A stretch of 39,202 nucleotides of DNA, taken from contig CAYMDS010000001.1 in assembly GCA_964389405.1 (NCBI GenBank), forward strand, positions 1 to 39,202, written 5' to 3'. Of the stretch, positions 33,262 to 39,202 are shown in pieces; the first letter of the stretch is position 1, and each line of letters opens with the position of its first letter. The notes under the pieces are model-generated. The model had not been told where the DNA came from. It saw only the letters and a program-made list of their open reading frames with translations, and ran no database searches. Both the position numbers and the translations under genes were made by a program. The stretch is from an uncultured Gammaproteobacteria bacterium (lineage in GTDB: Bacteria > Patescibacteriota > Microgenomatia > Levybacterales > UBA12049).

Positions 33262-34394
33262 TAATATAATTCAGGGTCAGCTGCAATTTCTTTCCAATTT
33301 ACAAAGTTGTCGTTATAAAATCCTGCTGTTGCTATCATTGCCGCATTATCGGTGCATAAAGATGGAATAGGAATCCGTAAGTCAATTTCAAATTTCAAAT
33401 TTCCAATTTCAAATTTCAAATTATCAGTTAAACTCTTATTTGCTGCGACTCCTCCACCCAGTATTAATGATTTAACTTTATATTCTTTAACAGCACTTAA
33501 TGTTTTAAATACAAGAACATCTACTATAGCTTTCTGAACCGATGCGCAAAGATCTGCAATCAACTGTAAATTTTCATCCTGAGGCGAATCGAAGGATTTC
33601 TCAAGGTTTCGCTGCAAAGACTCCTCGCTTCCCAAAGCCTGACTCAGAATGACAGTTCGGGTTTTACCAAAATCCCACCCATTTTTCTTAATTAAATTTA
33701 AAACAGATGTCTTAAGGCCGCTAAAGCTGAAATCATAGTCTTTAGAATCCCACATGGGACGAGGTAATAAAAATGCTTTTGGGTCACCTTTTTCAGCCAA
33801 TTTAGAAATAACAGGTCCGGCAGGATAGCGCAACCCTAAGAGTCTGCCTATCTTATCAAATGCCTCCCCGGCCGCATCATCTCTTGTGCCACCTATCACT
33901 GTCAAATCCCCATGGCTCTTCATATAAACAAGATCCGTATGCCCTCCTGAAACTACCAAGGCAATAGCAGGAAACCTTATCTTTTCCATTTTCCATTTTC
34001 CATTAACCATTAACCAGTTGGCGTAGATATGTCCATAAAGATGATTAACCGGGATAATAGGAATCTTCCAAAGATAGCTTAAAGTCTTTGCTGTCTCAAC
34101 TCCCACAAGCAGTGATCCGATGAGTCCCGGTCCATACGTTACTGCAATTGCATCTATTGCCGGGTGTTTAATATTCATACCCGCCTGCTGCAATGACTCT
34201 TTAATAACAGGAATTATAAACTTTATCTGCTCACGGGCAGCATTTTCAGGAATAATACCTCCCGTAGCAGCGTGATTTGCAAGTGAGGTTGCTAGACTGT
34301 TTGATACTAGCTTAACGAGTCGGCTCTTTACTGTTCCTTCAATCACAGCTGCCCCTGTTTCATCGCAACTTGTTTCAATTCCCAAAATTTTCAT
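33258..34394 (-). CDS. tsaD: tRNA N6-adenosine threonylcarbamoyltransferase TsaD (Kae1/Gcp family)
   Basis: MKILGIETSCDETGAAVI, PVNHLYGHIYAN, ALVVSGGHTDLV, DDAAGEAFDK, CTDNAAMIA. 378 aa, with repeat-derived insertions. Confidence 0.95.
   Translation of the reverse strand: MKILGIETSCDETGAAVIEGTVKSRLVKLVSNSLATSLANHAATGGIIPENAAREQIKFIIPVIKESLQQAGMNIKHPAIDAIAVTYGPGLIGSLLVGVETAKTLSYLWKIPIIPVNHLYGHIYANWLMVNGKWKMEKIRFPAIALVVSGGHTDLVYMKSHGDLTVIGGTRDDAAGEAFDKIGRLLGLRYPAGPVISKLAEKGDPKAFLLPRPMWDSKDYDFSFSGLKTSVLNLIKKNGWDFGKTRTVILSQALGSEESLQRNLEKSFDSPQDENLQLIADLCASVQKAIVDVLVFKTLSAVKEYKVKSLILGGGVAANKSLTDNLKFEIGNLKFEIDLRIPIPSLCTDNAAMIATAGFYNDNFVNWKEIAADPELYY
33381..33422. repeat. Six tandem heptamers inside tsaD (+ strand GTCAATT TCAAATT TCAAATT TCCAATT TCAAATT TCAAATT), encoding NLKFEIG NLKFEID
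   Basis: Read directly. 42 nt equals a 2 x 21-nt in-frame duplication. Confidence 0.9.
33983..34017. repeat. Five tandem heptamers inside tsaD (+ strand TTTCCAT x3, TAACCAT, TAACCAG), encoding part of WLMVNGKWKMEK
   Basis: Read directly. The repeat lies in the loop between the HxxGH metal motif and the SGGHT strand. Confidence 0.9.
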
Positions 34395-34473
34395 CTCTGA
34401 AATTGTACCACAATAATTTAAACCCGTGAGATACTAATGAAAATATAACGTAGAAAAATTGGAGATAAGCTCT

Positions 34474-34504
34474 GCACCTTTGAACCTATGGACCTTTGCA
34501 CCTG
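34474..34504. repeat. Four tandem octamers (GCACCTTT GAACCTAT GGACCTTT GCACCTG) in the spacer between the DHH-like gene and tsaD
   Basis: Read directly. The ACC trinucleotide recurs with a strict 8-nt period. Confidence 0.7.
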
Positions 34505-34507
34505 TTG

Positions 34508-35560
34508 TTAAACATTTGAGGATCCTTTATATACTTTCGGAGTAAGCCAGTCAGTCGGCGGATTTAGATCATCGGAACCATTTCCAGGTTGTGGCTGCGG
34601 ATTAACTTGTTTTTTTGGCGGCTGATTAATAAATTGTTGCGATGGGTTTTGTTTTGGTATGAATTTATTTCCATGTTGATTATGGGTTTGACCTCTTTGG
34701 TCAAAATTTGGCTTTCTGTCATTTGCCTGCTGCCCCATAGGCCTTCTATGCGGCTGTTGTATTTTCCCTTGAGCTGTGGGGCGAAAAGATAAATCTTCTG
34801 ACTGCATATTTCTCGATATAGTCTGCCTCACCGCACCCTGTCTCATGAGTATTCCTGCCATTTCAAATGCGAGATAAGATGTTTTCTTACTTTGAAAACT
34901 ATCAGTTGCATGCATAATGCCATCTAACAAATTCTGGGCTATATCAGTATCCACAGGCGTACGAAGATCGGAAAGAAGCTGCGTCATATGCTCGCTTACT
35001 GACGACATACGATTAGAAACGAGAACTACATCACCATAGCCTTCATTTTCTTGTTTGTTATCGATATTTACAATAGTAACATTTTTCAAAACATCAGGTC
35101 TGAAAAGACTATGAATTTGAGAAAGCTTGGGAGTACCTACCGTAAACAGGAGATCCAAGCTGTCACCGCTACCTCCTCTAGTGTATTTTATGTCTGTTTC
35201 AGTAAAATTTAAACCTTCTTCTCCTGCCTTCACTACTATATTTAAATAATTATTCTCGATAGTATAGGATACTTTTTCTATCTCACCCTCCCTATAGGGA
35301 AATGAAACTATAAGATCAGCCCCAGAAGATTCAAGGCTCGTTTTTACCTTATTGATGCCTACTAAATTCGATACCTCAACGATAGGCTCTGTGGAGCAGA
35401 TAACGGAAACATTCTTTCCCATCTGAGAAAGAGCAAGATAAAGACCCAGAGCAGCTCCCATATCATCAATCGTAGGATTTTCCTTGACAGCCACAGCTAT
35501 GGTTTTGGCACGATTTAGTGCTTCTTGAATGCGTTGAAGATTTGAAGTCGAATTATCCAT
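34508..35560 (-). CDS. DHH-family (NrnA-like) protein with degenerate catalytic motifs and a Gln/Pro-rich C-terminal tail
   Basis: IAVAVKENPTIDDMGAALGLYLAL resembles DHH motif I. VNIDNKQENEGYGDV aligns with the IDHH...fg motif, but DHH is replaced by DNK. No GGGH (DHHA1) motif seen. Tail: QQPHRRPMGQQANDRKPNFDQRGQTHNQ...PQPQPGNG. Confidence 0.55.
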   Translation of the reverse strand: MDNSTSNLQRIQEALNRAKTIAVAVKENPTIDDMGAALGLYLALSQMGKNVSVICSTEPIVEVSNLVGINKVKTSLESSGADLIVSFPYREGEIEKVSYTIENNYLNIVVKAGEEGLNFTETDIKYTRGGSGDSLDLLFTVGTPKLSQIHSLFRPDVLKNVTIVNIDNKQENEGYGDVVLVSNRMSSVSEHMTQLLSDLRTPVDTDIAQNLLDGIMHATDSFQSKKTSYLAFEMAGILMRQGAVRQTISRNMQSEDLSFRPTAQGKIQQPHRRPMGQQANDRKPNFDQRGQTHNQHGNKFIPKQNPSQQFINQPPKKQVNPQPQPGNGSDDLNPPTDWLTPKVYKGSSNV

Positions 35561-35589
35561 ACATTAATAACCTTAAAACTATAGGTTAT

Positions 35590-37053
35590 TTATGTGAAAG
35601 ATATTACCATATCTCCTATAGTAATGTCAAGATTGTGAGCAAGAACAAGTCCAGCCTCACCTTTAACAACTTTAGGTATCGGATTTTTACCTACCCTGAG
35701 TGAGTTAATAGTCGTTTCACCTATTATTTTATCCTCTCTTACAATACGTATTTTATCGTTCTTAGCAAGTCTTCCCTCTGTAAGAGATACTCCGTAGGCA
35801 TAGGTTTTCTCAAATGGAAACTTCGCAAGTATTTTCGCTTTCCCAAGTATCGTTTCCAAATTCATCTGGCGCTTGCCTTCCAGTACATCATTCAGTTCAT
35901 CCAGCATCTCATATATTATCTTATAGTTTTTTACTAGAATCTTTTCTGCATTAGCTAGCCTCTCCACATCAGATCTGATTTTAGTATTGAAGCTTAAAAC
36001 AATTGCCCCTGTGGCCTTCGCCTGTAGCACATCTGCCTCAGTTATCTCGCCTACTTTTTTTGAGACTAAGGCGACACCTTTCGGCAATGCCTGCACTACG
36101 GCTTCCAGCGACCCTTGTGTATCTGATGTAAGAATTAGAGACAACCCTTCCTGATCTTTAGTTTTATGGTATATGAAATTTTCTGCTGATACTTTTTCCG
36201 TTGTCTTAGAAGGCATTATCGCGTTTATCTTAGAACTTACTATCCCCCCAACTGGTAGAATATTATGGCTTCCCAAAACTTCTACTCCCTCTCCCACTGA
36301 TGCTTCATCTACTGGTTTTTGAAATTCATTTAATAATGTCCTAACCCTAAATATTTCCCCTTCGCAACTCACTTCATCCCTTGCTTTTATAGTACCGTTT
36401 TTTACTATAATAGTCGCCTTTGCACCTGCTCTATTATCAAGCTTTGATTCAATTACTACTGCTTTTAATGGGGCATTCTTACTGGAATTTTCGTTAATAT
36501 TTTTTAAATCTGCGACAAGTAAAATAAGGTCTAAAAGTTCTTTTATATTATGATTAGTTTTAGCGGATACTTCGATAACTGGAACGTCACCGCCGAATCC
36601 TTCAAGTAAAATATTTTCCCGAATTAATTCTTGTTTCACTTTCTCAGGATTTTTAGTGGGCAAATCACTCATCGTCAGCACAACTATAAAAGGTAATCCG
36701 GATGCCACGAGAAGCTGTATGCTTTCTTTTGTCTGAGGCTTTACACCATCAACTGATGAAACTATCAGAAGGCCTATGTCTGAGGCTATTGCACCCCGGC
36801 TTCTCATGTCTGAAAACGCTTCATGTCCTGGTGTATCTATAAAGGTTATACGAGCTTTTTTCTCTTCATAAATTGTTTCAATAGATGAAGCACCGATGCT
36901 TTGGGTTATGCCTCCATATTCGCGGGCTGCTAATGAAGTCTTACGGATAGAATCAAGTAAAGAAGTCTTACCGTGGTCTACATGACCCAAAACTGCTACT
37001 ACGGGTGGAAAGTAGGATTTATCATTAAGTTTTTTGTCGGTATTTTTGTCCAT
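35590..37053 (-). CDS. infB: Translation initiation factor IF-2, minimal form starting at the G domain
   Basis: PVVAVLGHVDHGKTSLLDSIRKT, DTPGHEAF, VVLTMSDL. 487 aa with only ~15 residues before the P-loop. Confidence 0.95.
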   Translation of the reverse strand: MDKNTDKKLNDKSYFPPVVAVLGHVDHGKTSLLDSIRKTSLAAREYGGITQSIGASSIETIYEEKKARITFIDTPGHEAFSDMRSRGAIASDIGLLIVSSVDGVKPQTKESIQLLVASGLPFIVVLTMSDLPTKNPEKVKQELIRENILLEGFGGDVPVIEVSAKTNHNIKELLDLILLVADLKNINENSSKNAPLKAVVIESKLDNRAGAKATIIVKNGTIKARDEVSCEGEIFRVRTLLNEFQKPVDEASVGEGVEVLGSHNILPVGGIVSSKINAIMPSKTTEKVSAENFIYHKTKDQEGLSLILTSDTQGSLEAVVQALPKGVALVSKKVGEITEADVLQAKATGAIVLSFNTKIRSDVERLANAEKILVKNYKIIYEMLDELNDVLEGKRQMNLETILGKAKILAKFPFEKTYAYGVSLTEGRLAKNDKIRIVREDKIIGETTINSLRVGKNPIPKVVKGEAGLVLAHNLDITIGDMVISFT

Positions 37054-37193
37054 AATTCTATTGTTGATATAGTGATTTTATTATTCACAGAAAACTCAGA
37101 AAGCTCTGCATACCAGTATTTCAGATTATCTGAAACTCTGACAATCAGATCTTCTGGCTTCTGAGTATTCCGATTACTTATTTGGAATTTCAT
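36999..37193 (-). CDS. Small ORF in the ylxR position between nusA and infB; possible degenerate YlxR/DUF448-like remnant
   Basis: Its ATG is 2 nt after the nusA stop. QKPEDLIVRV resembles the YlxR K-x-E-L-I-R-(I/V)-V segment, but the CxxC pair is absent and the ORF overlaps infB by 55 nt. Confidence 0.25.
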   Translation of the reverse strand: MKFQISNRNTQKPEDLIVRVSDNLKYWYAELSEFSVNNKITISTIELWTKIPTKNLMINPTFHP

Positions 37194-37195
37194 AC

Positions 37196-38347
37196 TTACT
37201 CTTCGGCTGTCTTTACCTCTGGCATCTCTACAATTTCTACCGGAGTAGTTAGTTCCTCATCTTTCGTACTAGCGTCTTCGGATTTCGTATCATCAGTAGT
37301 GACAGAAGCAGAAGCTGAAACGCTTATAGGAGTCTGATCAGAAGATGTAGCTTCTTTCGCCTCAACTTCGGGAATGGGGACAGCTTCGACTGATGCATCC
37401 TCTCTCCCTTCGATTTCTATTCTATATCCAGTAAGTTTTGATGCTATACGCACATTCTGGCCTTCTTTTCCAATTGCAAGTGATAGTTCATCCTTTGGCA
37501 CAGAAACTGTGGCTATTTTCTCTTCTTCATTTATCTGGACAGTAATATTTTTAGCAGGTGAGAGAGCCTGGGCTATATATGTCTTTATATCATCTGACCA
37601 CTGGATGATATCTATTTTTTCCATCCCGTTAAATTCCTGGATTATAGCCTGCACCCTTACTCCTTTTTGACCTACGCAGCTTCCCACAGGATCTATACCT
37701 TGCTGGTTTGAAAAAACTGCAATCTTAGTTCTGTTACCTGCTTCCCTCGCTATCGCTTTGATGATTACACTTCCCTGTGCTACCTCAGGCACTTCTCTTT
37801 TAAATAAACCTTCAATAAGACCTGTATGTGATCTGGAGACGATAATCTCCTCACCTTTTAAACCTTCTTTAATTTCCCGAAGATAAACTGCTAACCGTTG
37901 ATTCAAATGGTATTTTTCATTACCGATTTGATCCTGTTGGGGCATTAGTGCCTCAGTTTTTCCAATATCTACAATAATATTTGGGCCTGCGAAACGAAGA
38001 ATCATGCCGTTTACTACACTACCGATTTTCACTCTATAATCAGAAAAAATCGCTTCTTTTTCTTTCTCGCGGATTTTCTGAAGAATTACTTGCTTGGCGG
38101 TTTGAGCTGCAATTCTCCCGAATCCTGGTGGAGTGACATCTTCATCATTGTGAAAAATATGTGCCTCACCTGTACTGGGATTTAATTCAGCACGATATTC
38201 TTCTATTTCTACTCCGGGATGGTCTTTACGATAGGCTGCCAAAATAGCGTTTTTTACCGTTTCTAAAACGACATTTGGATCGACTCCACGCTCGGATGCG
38301 ACTTGATTTAAAGCTAATACGAATTCTGATCTTTGAACCACTGGCAT
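37196..38347 (-). CDS. nusA: Transcription termination/antitermination factor NusA with an acidic C-terminal tail
   Basis: N-terminal LALNQVASERGVD, S1 domain (IGSVVNGMILRF...), KH domains (DPVGSCVGQKGVRVQAIIQEF; LAIGKEGQNVRIASKLTGYRIEI). Confidence 0.95.
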   Translation of the reverse strand: MPVVQRSEFVLALNQVASERGVDPNVVLETVKNAILAAYRKDHPGVEIEEYRAELNPSTGEAHIFHNDEDVTPPGFGRIAAQTAKQVILQKIREKEKEAIFSDYRVKIGSVVNGMILRFAGPNIIVDIGKTEALMPQQDQIGNEKYHLNQRLAVYLREIKEGLKGEEIIVSRSHTGLIEGLFKREVPEVAQGSVIIKAIAREAGNRTKIAVFSNQQGIDPVGSCVGQKGVRVQAIIQEFNGMEKIDIIQWSDDIKTYIAQALSPAKNITVQINEEEKIATVSVPKDELSLAIGKEGQNVRIASKLTGYRIEIEGREDASVEAVPIPEVEAKEATSSDQTPISVSASASVTTDDTKSEDASTKDEELTTPVEIVEMPEVKTAEE

Positions 38348-38437
38348 AATGATCTAAGTATACCAAATATACCAAACAGGTTCAATCACATAAACTAAAC
38401 TAGCTTAGATATCGCTCTTGCGTTTTGTATTTTTAGT

Positions 38438-39202
38438 TTAAATAACACTTGTTGAGATATTGCCCATACCGTCAACGCTCATGGATACATTGCTGCCTCT
38501 TTTTATTTCATCTTTCAATTTTTTCTGCGCAAGGATATCCTCGATATTAGATTCGATGTAGCGCCTTAAAGGCCTTGCCCCGAATTCTATATCAAAACCT
38601 TCTTGTAAGATTTTAGTGAGTAATTTCTCATCGTACGTGAATATTATATCTTGTTCTAGTAATCTTTTCGCTAAATCTGCCAATAGAATCTTCGCAATTT
38701 GGGTCATCTCAGCTATCTCTAGAGACTTAAAGACTACCACATCATCAAAACGATTTAAAAGCTCAGGCCGGAATAAATGCTGTGTCTGGAGAGTATCGAG
38801 TAACCTCTTAGAAAAATCTTTATCGATAACTGCGTCCTTTTTAATTTCTTGTCTGATGAACTCAGCTCCTGCATTTGATGTCGCTATAATTATACTATTA
38901 ACGAAATTTACGGTCTTACCCTTGTTATCAGTTAAGCGTCCATCCTCTAGTACCTGTAAAAAAAGGTCTAGTATCTTAGGGTGAGCCTTCTCAAATTCAT
39001 CAAGTAATACCAGAGAGGATGGTCGGTCTGAAATTTTATCTGTAAGTTCTCCGCGCTCTTCTCCTTCACCCGGAGGTGCCCCCAAAAGCCGTTTTACGCC
39101 TTCCTCATCTGCATATTCACTCATATCAAGTCTGATCATTCTTTCTTCTCCACCATAATAAAGCGCAGAGTATCTGGTGAGTTTTGATACAATAAGCTGA
39201 TG
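38438..39202 (-). CDS. Clp/Hsp100-family AAA+ chaperone (ClpB/ClpC-type), C-terminal D2 portion; 5' end off-window
   Basis: The frame stays open to the window edge (HQLIVSKLTRYSALYYGGEERMIRLDMSEY...). LLDEFEKAHPKILDLFLQVLEDGRLTD, ATSNAG, FRPELLNRFDDVVVF, GARPLRRYIE. Confidence 0.9.
   Translation of the reverse strand, partial: HQLIVSKLTRYSALYYGGEERMIRLDMSEYADEEGVKRLLGAPPGEGEERGELTDKISDRPSSLVLLDEFEKAHPKILDLFLQVLEDGRLTDNKGKTVNFVNSIIIATSNAGAEFIRQEIKKDAVIDKDFSKRLLDTLQTQHLFRPELLNRFDDVVVFKSLEIAEMTQIAKILLADLAKRLLEQDIIFTYDEKLLTKILQEGFDIEFGARPLRRYIESNIEDILAQKKLKDEIKRGSNVSMSVDGMGNISTSVI

Noticed and set aside
38356-38375. Direct 9-mer repeat (GTATACCAA ATATACCAA) in the nusA 5' leader.
   Set aside because: Only two copies, which is very plausibly chance in AT-rich sequence. 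No associated symmetry or conserved motif was recognised.

Overview
This is an AT-rich, densely coding 39.2-kb bacterial fragment with no rRNA, tRNA, CRISPR array, transposase or integrase that I could see. Short versions of core proteins (IF-2 487 aa, HrcA 247 aa), a TrpR/YerC-type regulator and several huge polytopic membrane proteins suggest a Candidate Phyla Radiation (Patescibacteria, Microgenomates-like) organism; that placement is inference only. The window has three parts. (1) nt 1-4824: the 3' ~4.2 kb of a giant secreted protein (Asp-box/beta-propeller-like half, then seven tandem 4-Cys repeats) ending in a tripartite C-terminal sorting signal (LPEK + TM helix + basic tail). A 205-aa exosortase/archaeosortase-family membrane protein follows 26 nt later. 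I consider this enzyme/substrate pair with a non-canonical signal the best candidate for an undescribed system. (2) nt 5013-26722: a PIN/RHH toxin-antitoxin pair, then a ~20-kb envelope glycan island. The island holds four large GT-C-like polytopic proteins, two paralogous GT4 enzymes, a GT2, a CapD/PseB/CapE-type dehydratase, an RmlD-like reductase, a PIG-L deacetylase, a formyltransferase, and C- and SAM-methyltransferases. It is interrupted by a TrpR-like gene bracketed by two long perfect palindromes and by visibly GC-richer orphan genes. (3) nt 26864-39202, all minus strand: rplL-rplJ-[surface protein]-rplA-rplK-nusG-grpE-hrcA, then tsaD, a degenerate DHH protein, infB, nusA and the 3' part of a Clp/Hsp100 ATPase. 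This block contains heptanucleotide-periodic repeats: long hairpins in four ribosomal-operon spacers and in-frame tandem heptamers inside tsaD and rplJ. All functional calls rest on motifs read by eye from the translations; no database search was run.
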